This document shows positions 1-8,138 of a stretch of DNA of 36,126 nucleotides, one piece after another. Under the pieces are notes generated by a model. It saw only the letters and a program-made list of their open reading frames with translations. It was not told the origin of the DNA and ran no database searches. A program made the position numbers and the translations under genes. Position 1 is the first letter of the stretch. Each line of letters starts with the position of its first letter. The DNA comes from an uncultured bacterium (GTDB lineage Bacteria; Acidobacteriota; Aminicenantia; Aminicenantales; Aminicenantaceae). The stretch covers positions 1 to 36,126 of the forward strand of contig CBDVEQ010000003.1 in assembly GCA_965373045.1 (NCBI GenBank), written 5' to 3'.

Positions 1-504
1 GACATGTATGAAGAGGCAAAAACTCAGGTCAAGGATTACAAACCTACGGACTTATTTATGGGCTTTCACTGCGGAAACACGGCCGGCTCTTGTATGATCC
101 GTCCGGAGATGAAATATCAGCTCATCATGAATCGTATGATGGAACCGGAAGGGGAGCCTGATATCACACGCGGTACACTGGAAGGACAGATACGGGCAGG
201 GAATGTTACTATCTTCCGTCTGCAGTCAACTGCGGACACGGTTCTCCGCTCATATGTGGCTGAGGGAGAAGTGCTGGATATAGATCCCAGGTCATTCGGA
301 AGCATCGGAGTTATTGCGGTCAAGGAAATGGGGCGGTTTTACCGTCATGTCCTGATAGAAAAACAGTTCCCTCATCACACGGCTGTGGCTTTTAAACATG
401 CGGGAAAAGCACTATTTGCCGCTGTCAAAATGCTGGGTGTTGATGATATCTCTTTTAACCGTCCAGAGGACATGCCTTATCCCACAGAAAACCCCTTTAC
501 CTGA
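1..504 (+). CDS. L-fucose/L-arabinose isomerase family protein, C-terminal part (5' end outside window)
   Basis: Frame open from the window edge; motifs MGFHCGN, GTLEG, YVAEGE and FPHHTAV typical of the C-terminal domain of fucose-isomerase-like proteins. Confidence 0.75.
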   Translation, partial: DMYEEAKTQVKDYKPTDLFMGFHCGNTAGSCMIRPEMKYQLIMNRMMEPEGEPDITRGTLEGQIRAGNVTIFRLQSTADTVLRSYVAEGEVLDIDPRSFGSIGVIAVKEMGRFYRHVLIEKQFPHHTAVAFKHAGKALFAAVKMLGVDDISFNRPEDMPYPTENPFT

Positions 505-573
505 CCAGGATTTTTAACAGGATAATTTGTCTATTGGCAATTCCTTAAAGCAATGAAGAGGAATCGCGGAAAA

Positions 574-1650
574 ATGAAAGCTGGAAAAAAGATATATGCA
601 CTTGTTTTAAGTATGTTTTTATTCTGCAGTGCTGACTATGCCCAGGAGATCAAACTTGAGCTGTCAGCACTTTTGGAGATCGGGAAAGAAGATCTGCTTT
701 TCTGGTCTGTCGCAGCCGTGTGTGAGGATAAAGACGGCAATTTTTATGTCGTGGACCAGATCGAGTCTAAAGTTCATCGATTTTCTTCCGAAGGCAAGCT
801 GCTCGGTTCATTCGGACAAAAAGGCCAAGGTCCAGGTGATTTTCAGCGCCCCAATCGCATTTCCTTTACCTCTAAGGGCACATTGGCCGTAGCCGATGAG
901 ATGTATTATGTCTCGTTTTTAAACACCGAAGGGGGATTTATCCGCCGCGTCCACCTCAATGCGGGCCTGGCGCCCGGTTATGTGGGGAAGGACCGCTTTT
1001 ATGCCTGGCGCTGGCAGCCCGATGGCCGGCAGCAGATCTTATTGGACTCCGAAAGCACTATCGTAAAAACCTTCCACACTGTCCACCGAAACCAGTTCTC
1101 CATCTCCCTCCCCGACCAAAGCGGCCGCAAGGTGATGTTCAACTTCCAACGGCCCGCGTATGTTCCCGCGCTCCTCTATTACCAGAATCAGGGATACACG
1201 GTCATCGCGCTAAGCGACAGCTACCGGATCCAGATCTTGGACGAAAATGGAGATGCCGTAAGTACAATCACGCATGAAACCACGCGCAGCGCCCTCAACA
1301 AAAAAGAACGCGAGTATTTTGAGGAGCACTTCAGAGAGTTTGGAAAAATGAAGGGATGGCCCGAAAACGCCGTCCGGGATATCATCAAAAAGATTCCCAA
1401 AGAAAAAGTCTTTTTCGACCGCATCCTGTTGTCCGGTTCCCACGTTTTTGTCTTCCGCATCCAAGAAGATGTCTCGGACGAGAATTCTCTTATTCCTGTA
1501 GATGTGTTTGAGCTGAACGGCCGCTTCCTCGGCGCTATCCGGATGCCGGACAAACCGGTCTTCATCTCTGAGAAGCGTATGTACTTTATAAGCAGCGACG
1601 AAGAAGGGAATATTTTTCTTGTCGTAAGAGAATACAATCTGTTTTCATAG
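574..1650 (+). CDS. Secreted 6-bladed beta-propeller (NHL/TolB-like) protein
   Basis: Signal peptide after MKAGKK; DKDGNFYVVD and FGQKGQGPGDF repeats; alternative ATG at 553. Confidence 0.8.
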   Translation: MKAGKKIYALVLSMFLFCSADYAQEIKLELSALLEIGKEDLLFWSVAAVCEDKDGNFYVVDQIESKVHRFSSEGKLLGSFGQKGQGPGDFQRPNRISFTSKGTLAVADEMYYVSFLNTEGGFIRRVHLNAGLAPGYVGKDRFYAWRWQPDGRQQILLDSESTIVKTFHTVHRNQFSISLPDQSGRKVMFNFQRPAYVPALLYYQNQGYTVIALSDSYRIQILDENGDAVSTITHETTRSALNKKEREYFEEHFREFGKMKGWPENAVRDIIKKIPKEKVFFDRILLSGSHVFVFRIQEDVSDENSLIPVDVFELNGRFLGAIRMPDKPVFISEKRMYFISSDEEGNIFLVVREYNLFS

Positions 1651-1659
1651 AAATGAATC
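1555..1659 (+). repeat. Direct repeat copy 1 (105 bp): last 31 codons, stop and 9 nt downstream of the beta-propeller gene
   Basis: Aligns without gaps to 2703-2807; first 67 bp identical, 6 mismatches in total. Confidence 0.95.
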
Positions 1660-1699
1660 TTTCACATCCATCCAATACGATATTTCTCCAGGAGGCCCA

Positions 1700-2095
1700 A
1701 TGAAAAAATTCACACAAAAGCTCAAGGTCCGTTCCTATGAGCTCGATGCCCAGGGACATGTCAACAACTCCGTCTATCTCAGCTATTTGGAATATGCCCG
1801 CGTGGCTACTATGGAACAGTTGGGGATTCCTTATCAAGACTATCTGAGGAAAGGAAAATATGTAGCCATTGCCGAAGTTCGGCTAAAATATCTCTACCCC
1901 GCCACGCTGGGCGATGAACTCGAAATCACACTGCAGGTCATTCAGGCCAAGCGGACCAGCCTTACTTTTAAACAGGAGATCTTCAATACAAAGACTGGGA
2001 AAAAGATCCTGGATGCCGAATTAGTGGCAGTATTTATCAACAGGGAGGAAAAACCTGTCCCCATTTACGAAGATTTTCGCAAAGCCTTCCTCTAA
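1700..2095 (+). CDS. Acyl-CoA thioesterase, YbgC/FadM (4HBT hot-dog) family
   Basis: Motif YELDAQGHVNNSVYLSYLEYAR; 131 aa; AGGAGG Shine-Dalgarno. Confidence 0.9.
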   Translation: MKKFTQKLKVRSYELDAQGHVNNSVYLSYLEYARVATMEQLGIPYQDYLRKGKYVAIAEVRLKYLYPATLGDELEITLQVIQAKRTSLTFKQEIFNTKTGKKILDAELVAVFINREEKPVPIYEDFRKAFL

Positions 2096-2109
2096 CGATT
2101 TTTTTACAG

Positions 2110-2143
2110 TTGACACAACTGCAACTGTACATTATGCTGTACA
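2110..2143 (+). promoter_or_regulatory. sigma70 promoter with YefM-YoeB operator
   Basis: TTGACA (2110-2115), 17 nt, TATGCT (2133-2138); two TGTACA palindromes at 2126-2131 and 2138-2143, 12 bp apart, flanking the -10. Confidence 0.9.
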
Positions 2144-2147
2144 TATC

Positions 2148-2399
2148 ATGAAATCAAAAACCTACACAGAGGCCAGGGAAAAGCTTGCGGAGATCATTGA
2201 CCGCGTCTGTGAAGACCACGAACCCTACATCATCACCAAACGACGTGACAAAGCTGTTGTAGTGATGTCGCTGGAGGATTTTGATTCCCTGAAGGAAACC
2301 GCCTATCTTCTGAAAAGCCCGAAAAACGCCCGGCGGCTTTTGGAGTCCATCAAGGAACTGGAAGAGAGCCGAGGAGTCGAAAGAGATCTTGCAGAGTGA
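2148..2399 (+). CDS. yefM: Phd/YefM family antitoxin
   Basis: YTEAREKLAEIIDRV, VVVMSLEDFDSLKETAYLLKSPKNARRLLESI; 83 aa; GTGA overlap with toxin. Confidence 0.95.
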   Translation: MKSKTYTEAREKLAEIIDRVCEDHEPYIITKRRDKAVVVMSLEDFDSLKETAYLLKSPKNARRLLESIKELEESRGVERDLAE

Positions 2400-2656
2400 A
2401 AATCATCTTTTCTTCTCAGGGTTGGGCGGACTATCTCTACTGGCAGAAAACCGACCAGCACACTCTTAAAAGAATCAATGCCCTTATAAAAGACATCTGC
2501 CGAAATCCGCACAAAGGAAAAGGAAAAGGAAAACCCGAGCCCCTAAGGCATGCCCTCTCCGGATACTGGTCCCGGCGGATCAATGAGGAACACCGCCTCG
2601 TTTACAAGGTGGAAGACGATTCAATACTTATCGCACAGCTCCGATACCATTATTGA
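2396..2656 (+). CDS. yoeB: Txe/YoeB family mRNA interferase toxin
   Basis: WADYLYWQ, GKPEPL, WSRRINEEHRLVY, C-terminal RYHY. Confidence 0.95.
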   Translation: MKIIFSSQGWADYLYWQKTDQHTLKRINALIKDICRNPHKGKGKGKPEPLRHALSGYWSRRINEEHRLVYKVEDDSILIAQLRYHY

Positions 2657-2702
2657 TCCTGTAATCTAAATTCCGTGGATTTATTTTAAAAATAGAGTAG
2701 TT

Positions 2703-2807
2703 CCGGTCTTCATCTCTGAGAAGCGTATGTACTTTATAAGCAGCGACGAAGAAGGGAATATTTTTCTTGCCGCAAGAGAATACAATCTGCATTCATAGAG
2801 ATGCATC
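2703..2807 (+). repeat. Direct repeat copy 2 (105 bp): orphan duplicate of the beta-propeller gene 3' end
   Basis: Offset 1148 bp from copy 1; still encodes PVFISEKRMYFISSDEEGNIFLAAREYNLHS-stop. Confidence 0.95.
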
Positions 2808-2856
2808 ATCCGCACTTAGAGTTCATCAGGCGGATATTTGGTTGAGTTAAGTCAGA

Positions 2857-3030
2857 TTATTCTTTCTTTTTTTTCGAAGAGCAGCAGCATGTCTGGTAGA
2901 AAAGGCTCATAATCGCCAGAAGGGCTGCAGCCCCGACGGTGACCCATTTGGCCCATGTGGCAGGAAAGAAAAATATGGCCAAAACGATAATACCAACAGC
3001 AAGCAGAAAACGGCAGAAACACATTTTCAT
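2857..3030 (-). CDS. Small two-TM membrane protein with Cys clusters at both ends (57 aa), function unknown
   Basis: GAGGGAGA SD upstream of ATG 3030; MKMCFCRF, two hydrophobic helices, TCCCSSKKKKE; own promoter upstream. Confidence 0.7.
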   Translation of the reverse strand: MKMCFCRFLLAVGIIVLAIFFFPATWAKWVTVGAAALLAIMSLFYQTCCCSSKKKKE

Positions 3031-3059
3031 TGTTAATCTCCCTCTCATAGATTTATTTA

Positions 3060-3087
3060 AGTATATTGATAGACATACTAAGGTCAA
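3060..3087 (-). promoter_or_regulatory. Putative sigma70 promoter of the small Cys-rich membrane protein
   Basis: TTGACC-16 nt-TATACT on the minus strand about 30 nt upstream of ATG 3030. Confidence 0.6.
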
Positions 3088-3272
3088 GTCCAATTTTGAT
3101 TAAAAGAAGATATAAGCAGGTTAAGGACGAAGGACTACATCTCAAGGACATCCCAGAATTTGTCAAATATAAGAAAATTACATCCACTTTGAGTTGATTG
3201 AACTTAGGAACTAAGGAAGGCTCATCCAGTTTGGGGATAAGAATTTGGTTTTTGGCGGTGCTGGCTGAGTGA

Positions 3273-5051
3273 TCATCTTTTTTCAAAAACTATCTTTCCG
3301 TCAATAATTGTATACTCAACTTCTACTTTTAATATTTCTTCTTTCGGAATTTCGAGCATGTTTCTATCAAACACAGTGATGTCAGCAAGTTTTCCTTCTT
3401 CTAAAGAGCCGCGAAGATCGTCTTCAAAAGCCGCAAATGCGTTGTTGATTGTGTAAGCCTTGATAGCTTCTTCTACAGATATACACTGCTCTGGAAACCA
3501 GCCTTCTTCGGGAGTGCCTTTAAGAGTCTTCCGTGCCACGGCAGCATAAATTAGATATTTAGGATGCATATGGTAGAGAGCAACACTTGTTCCTGGCCAA
3601 TCAGAACCGAAGCATAACTTTGCGCCATTATCCAAAAGAGACTTGAATGCATATGCGCCTTTGCATCGTTCATGGCCGATTCTTTCCTCCATCCATCTCA
3701 TGTCATCAGAAAGATGATAAGGATTGACCTCTGCAATCACGTTTAATGCCTTAAATCTTTCAAAATCTTGAGGTCTGATTACCTGTGCATGGATAACCCG
3801 GAAACCCTTTAAATCTGTGCCGTCATTTTTGAGCCTTTCGTAAAGGTCCAGCATTTCTGCTACTCCTTTTGTCCCGATGGCATGGACATTGGGAGCAAAG
3901 CCGGCCTCCAGCCCGATTTTGATAAGGTTGTACATCTTTTCCATGTTGCGAACCTGATATTTGGGATCATCAGATGTGTGACGCCGCCAATGACCGTAGT
4001 TTCCAGGCTGGTCATTATAGGGCTTAAAAAAGAGGGCGCCGTGTGTTCCCATGATTCCGTCGATGTAGCCCTTTAATGCCCCGTAGCGCAGCCACAAGTT
4101 CTTTACTTTTAATTTTGGATGGAGCCCCATTGTGAAGTCTTTATCTCTAAGTTCAGCCGCACGAGAAAGATCAGGACGCAGCCAGACGCGACAGGTTAGT
4201 TCTCCGTTCTCCTGAAGTTCAATGAAACGCTCGGTCTGGGATGGGGTTTCAATATCATGGATTTCAACAATCCCCGACTCACGGAGGGCTTTAAGTGCAG
4301 CACGATTCTCATTCAGAATTCTTTTGTGGGACTTTGGCTTCTTTGTTTTTATAAGTTTATCAAATGCAGGCGAAGGACGGAATACGAGTCCGGTTGAGAT
4401 GCCATTTCTTCCAATGATCATACCGTTCATTGCAATCCTGTCGAGACCAGCAGTTTTAAGAGCTGCTGTATTTGCCAACCACTCTCTTGAATCGTAGCGG
4501 CTTATAAAACACGGATTATCAGGAGTTATATCATCGATCATTGTTCGGTTCGGCCTCCATGGCCTTTTCCTCCCCTTTTTTTTCTGCCCGGTATCCCCGG
4601 GCGCCCACTGCTCGTAAGCGCCCCAAAGCCCTTCAGTAATCCACTCTCCTTTTTCAAGTAATTTTACCACCCGGCTGATTTCTTTCCTCAGTCCTTCCTC
4701 ATCAGACACCATCATTAAATTAGCATCGTTTATCAGAGCACCGGCACGGTTGAAATGAACATGGCCGTCTATGATTCCAGGAGTTGCGAATTTCCCTTGT
4801 AGGTCGATAACTTGCGTAGCATCACCAATATATTTTTGTGTATCTTCGTCATTCTGGCAGACTGCAGTAATCTTATTCCCTGTGATAACCAAGGCTTTTG
4901 CTGTAGGATTCTCAGGATTAACGGTATATATAAAACCGTTCATAAGGACCAGGTCAGCAGGGGACACTTTTTGTTGCGAAGAGCAAAAAAAGTTTATTAA
5001 GGTTATAAAAGCCAATGTTGTACTTAAAATAAAAAATTTAAATTTTCCCAT
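3273..5051 (-). CDS. Exported amidohydrolase, YtcJ/Amidohydro_3 family
   Basis: DGHVH, NVHAIG, HAQV, FGSDWP, GSLEEGKLADITV; GGAGG SD before ATG 5051; signal/lipoprotein-like N-terminus; promoter position excludes the 5156 start. Confidence 0.9.
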   Translation of the reverse strand: MGKFKFFILSTTLAFITLINFFCSSQQKVSPADLVLMNGFIYTVNPENPTAKALVITGNKITAVCQNDEDTQKYIGDATQVIDLQGKFATPGIIDGHVHFNRAGALINDANLMMVSDEEGLRKEISRVVKLLEKGEWITEGLWGAYEQWAPGDTGQKKKGRKRPWRPNRTMIDDITPDNPCFISRYDSREWLANTAALKTAGLDRIAMNGMIIGRNGISTGLVFRPSPAFDKLIKTKKPKSHKRILNENRAALKALRESGIVEIHDIETPSQTERFIELQENGELTCRVWLRPDLSRAAELRDKDFTMGLHPKLKVKNLWLRYGALKGYIDGIMGTHGALFFKPYNDQPGNYGHWRRHTSDDPKYQVRNMEKMYNLIKIGLEAGFAPNVHAIGTKGVAEMLDLYERLKNDGTDLKGFRVIHAQVIRPQDFERFKALNVIAEVNPYHLSDDMRWMEERIGHERCKGAYAFKSLLDNGAKLCFGSDWPGTSVALYHMHPKYLIYAAVARKTLKGTPEEGWFPEQCISVEEAIKAYTINNAFAAFEDDLRGSLEEGKLADITVFDRNMLEIPKEEILKVEVEYTIIDGKIVFEKR

Positions 5052-5097
5052 GGTTCCTCCAAAAAACAGGTGGTTCTGAGATATCAAACTATAGTTA

Positions 5098-5126
5098 ATT
5101 ATATCCTTGGGAATAATCAGTGTCAA
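5098..5126 (-). promoter_or_regulatory. Perfect consensus sigma70 promoter for the amidohydrolase
   Basis: TTGACA (5126-5121), 17 nt, TATAAT (5103-5098). Confidence 0.85.
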
Positions 5127-5272
5127 AACAAGTGATAAATCCAGGAGATTATCCACTTTTATTTGTATGTCTCCTGTTAAAAATGATTTGCATGAGTATA
5201 TATTCGGTGTAATAATCTTATTAAACAGAGAGCCGGCCCAGCATATGGAAATTTCACCTGACAGCTGATATA

Positions 5273-6586
5273 ATGCGAATCAAGTCCATAATAACCGCCA
5301 TTGTATTTATATTTGTCTGCTCATTACTGCCACTTCATGCCGATATCCCCAGGTTACATGTGGATGGGAATCTGATTAAAGATCCCTCTAGAAAAGTCAT
5401 TGTCCTCAGGGGGATCTCACTGATTGATCTGGGCTTCCTTGAAGGGTGGCAGGGTGGTGCTATCAACATGATTGACAGGCTGACAGATAAGGGCGATACT
5501 CAAGGATCTTCTCCTGGCTGGTATCCCAAGGTTATTAGGATTCCGATTTGTCCCTATGATTCTGTAAGTGGATGGCCCTATCGGTGGAATCCGAGCAATG
5601 ATGACTTCTACAATAAACTGCTCAGACCGGTTGTTGACTACTGCGCCACGAAGGATCTTTACGTTATCATCGATTGGCATTATGTTTCTGATACCTGGAC
5701 CAAAATGAATCAGACATGTGAGTTTTGGCAATATATGGCGCCGAGATTTGCGGACGACTCCCATGTTCTCTTTGAGCTTTTCAATGAGCCCATCAATCGC
5801 ATCGGTTCAGACACGGAAAATTGGCTCAGTGTTCGAGCTGATATGCAAATTTGGATTGACATTGTGCGGGCTTTTGCCCCCGATAATCTTATCCTTGTGG
5901 GTGGACCGAGTTGGTGTCAGGGTATCGGCCCGGCAGCTGATTATCCCTTGTCGGGAGATAATATTGTCATTGTATCCCACATTTATCCTGGTCATTGGCG
6001 TTCTCCGACCTGGTATAAGAACAATATTGCCACCTGTGCTGCGGCATATCCTGTAATAATGACTGAATGGGGGTTCAGTAAAAGTTACCATGCTGATCCT
6101 GGGAGTTTGCTTTACGGAACGATTACCGATTATGGTCAGCCACTGATGAACTTTATCGAAGGGCTTAAGATCGGAAATACAGCCTGGGTTGCTAGTCATG
6201 GTTGGGGCCCCCCTATGTTTTGGACGGATTGGACACTTCGCTGTGGTGAAGGTGAAATGGGCTGTTTTGTAAAAGACACACTTTATAAGAAAACAATTGA
6301 AAATCAAATAGTTATATCCGGAACAGTAAAAAATGATTTTGGAGAAGGGATCGATGGAGTGACGATAATATTTGCTGAAGGAGAGGGAACAACCACAACT
6401 GATACTGATGGTAATTACATCTTTTCGGTTAAATCAGGGTGGTCAGGAACAGCTACGCCCAAGAGAACTTACTACATATTTCAACCTTCAAAAAGAACTT
6501 ATTCGAATGTTAAATCGGACCAGTTTAACCAAGACTTCACATGCTCAAGAATCATATATGCTCCCTTAAACTTTGCAGGTCAGTAA
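5273..6586 (+). CDS. Secreted GH5 (cellulase family) glycoside hydrolase with C-terminal CnaB/carboxypeptidase-regulatory-like beta domain
   Basis: Signal peptide; YVIIDWH, ELFNEP (acid/base), HIYP, IMTEWG (nucleophile); ISGTV...TTTDTDGNY...GWSGTATP module. Confidence 0.9.
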   Translation: MRIKSIITAIVFIFVCSLLPLHADIPRLHVDGNLIKDPSRKVIVLRGISLIDLGFLEGWQGGAINMIDRLTDKGDTQGSSPGWYPKVIRIPICPYDSVSGWPYRWNPSNDDFYNKLLRPVVDYCATKDLYVIIDWHYVSDTWTKMNQTCEFWQYMAPRFADDSHVLFELFNEPINRIGSDTENWLSVRADMQIWIDIVRAFAPDNLILVGGPSWCQGIGPAADYPLSGDNIVIVSHIYPGHWRSPTWYKNNIATCAAAYPVIMTEWGFSKSYHADPGSLLYGTITDYGQPLMNFIEGLKIGNTAWVASHGWGPPMFWTDWTLRCGEGEMGCFVKDTLYKKTIENQIVISGTVKNDFGEGIDGVTIIFAEGEGTTTTDTDGNYIFSVKSGWSGTATPKRTYYIFQPSKRTYSNVKSDQFNQDFTCSRIIYAPLNFAGQ

Positions 6587-6772
6587 AGTCTATATTGTTT
6601 TTGGCTTTTTTTAAGGCTTTATTCCAGTATTGTCAAATATTGTGTATTATTTTTGATTTTGTGTGCTTTGACATCAGAATTTTCTTATGATAAGTATATT
6701 CATATAGTTCAGAGGGACAAAATAGGCAAAAAATGAAAAAGATGATTTTAAAGATCGTAATAGGAGGGAACA

Positions 6773-7786
6773 ATGGATAAAAAAGTCTTTGTTTTGGGAG
6801 CGCTTCTGCTCTGCGCTTCACTCGCCTTTTCCGCTGATTCGTCACCTTTAATAACAATCACCGCACCTCCGAATGGGGCGACACTGAGCATGTGTACGAC
6901 CTATACCATTCGCTGGACTCACTCTGCGTACTTCGTATCCGTTCCCCAGACCTGCACGGTTTTTTGTGGGAATCATATCATTTCTCCTCCTGTGCCGGTG
7001 ACCCAGGATTCTTTTGTCTGGACAGTGGGGAAGAAACAGGACGGAACCAATCTTCAACCAGACCGAGATTACGAGATTACAATCGAGAGTCCTGATTATG
7101 ACGCGCTGAACGGTCCTGTGATCCACATAGCCTCAGGCGATGTCATAACGATCACCGCACCCTCAACAGGTTCAACATTCCTCAGAGGCACCACTACCAC
7201 CATTGCTTGGACTCACAGTGTGTACTTTAACTGCGTGCCGCAGGACTGCGATCTTTACTGCGGAATGGATGTCATTTCTCCTCTTGTGCCGGTGATGCAG
7301 AATTCTTGGGTTTGGACAGTAGGGAGGAAGCATGATGGGACCTATCTTTCCCCCGGAACATACGAGATTACACTCGAGAGTCCTGATTATGACGCACTGA
7401 ACGGGCCAATGATCACCATTATTGCTCTAGAACTGAAAATCAGGCCCTACCCCAAAAAGGTCCAAATCATAAAGATTCCAGACTGTCCTATGTGTTATCG
7501 TTTGGACCCTCGTCAGTTTGAGCTGAAGATGGAAGGCTTTGATCTTGTCACCATCGAAGTCGTCAGAGGCCGCAGAGTTTTGGCTCGGTTTAGGTTTAGC
7601 AGATTTGCTCCCGGAAAATCTGTTCCGCCTCCGGCTAAAATAACTCTCACTAAAGAAGACCTCAGACTCATCAAACAGAAGAAACAAGCCTTTACGGTAC
7701 TCGTCAAATCAGCTAAGGGCCAGGTCCTTCTCAAGCAGGCCGTTCAACTGGAGCCAAAAGGCCAAATTCGACGATTTATTAGATGA
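6773..7786 (+). CDS. Secreted hypothetical protein with two tandem Ig-like repeats and a basic CxxC-containing C-terminal domain
   Basis: GGAGG SD; signal peptide; repeats ITITAP...IxWTHSxYF...WTVGxKxDGT...YEITxESPDYDALNGP; CPMC. Confidence 0.75.
   Translation: MDKKVFVLGALLLCASLAFSADSSPLITITAPPNGATLSMCTTYTIRWTHSAYFVSVPQTCTVFCGNHIISPPVPVTQDSFVWTVGKKQDGTNLQPDRDYEITIESPDYDALNGPVIHIASGDVITITAPSTGSTFLRGTTTTIAWTHSVYFNCVPQDCDLYCGMDVISPLVPVMQNSWVWTVGRKHDGTYLSPGTYEITLESPDYDALNGPMITIIALELKIRPYPKKVQIIKIPDCPMCYRLDPRQFELKMEGFDLVTIEVVRGRRVLARFRFSRFAPGKSVPPPAKITLTKEDLRLIKQKKQAFTVLVKSAKGQVLLKQAVQLEPKGQIRRFIR
6851..7420 (+). repeat. Intragenic tandem duplication, period 294 bp (units start 6851 and 7145)
   Basis: Near-identical DNA blocks, e.g. 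tacgagattacaatcgagagtcctgattatgacgcgctgaacgg versus tacgagattacactcgagagtcctgattatgacgcactgaacgg. Confidence 0.9.
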
Positions 7787-8009
7787 TGAGGTTTAGGAAG
7801 AGAAGGTTCCAATTTTTTAGCAAGACAAACATACTTCATTACTCTTTTTCAAAGAGAACTTCAAATCTTTTTGTCATTTGAGATGAGAATAAAACTCTAT
7901 TGGTTTGAGCTCGTCGAATTCTTTCTTGGTCAACAGAAAAACGAAATTCCTATCCTTATGACCTTGATGAATAAAGGATTGTAAAGAAAACTTAACAGAC
8001 CCAAAAGAT

Positions 8010-8059
8010 CTGGATTCCTGCAAGAGTTAATCCCACACTTGATTCGAGGCGGGAATGAC
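8010..8059 (-). repeat. Composite REP-like palindrome
   Basis: Minus strand reads GTCATTCCCGC...GCAGGAATCCAG with a 27-nt insert; same termini as 29482-29508. Confidence 0.7.
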
Positions 8060-8138
8060 ATGGAAGAGATGCCTCCTTTTTTGACATCTGGGGCGGTTCT
8101 GTGTGAAAATACGGCCTCATTATTATAGAGGCGGCAGA

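Noticed and set aside
534-551. sigma54 promoter at TTGGCAATTCCTTAAAG
   Set aside because: No GC at the -12 position
1555-2807. Diversity-generating retroelement (VR at gene 3' end, TR downstream)
   Set aside because: The would-be TR has C,C,C,A,G,C at the mismatches, not adenine-specific, and no reverse transcriptase is in the window
1650-2860. Integron cassette array (small genes plus TA)
   Set aside because: No RYYYAAC...GTTRRRY attC structures of suitable size and no intI
3053-3286. 77-aa ORF downstream of the amidohydrolase
   Set aside because: No recognisable motif; overlaps the promoter of the small membrane protein; likely spurious
5141-5176. DnaA-box-like TTATCCACT inside a 7-bp inverted repeat
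   Set aside because: Single imperfect box, no cluster or origin-linked genes
7790-8138. Na+ or other riboswitch upstream of mrp; ORF 7930-8151
   Set aside because: No riboswitch consensus or terminator recognisable by eye (an Rfam scan would settle it); the ORF is largely a translation of the REP-like element
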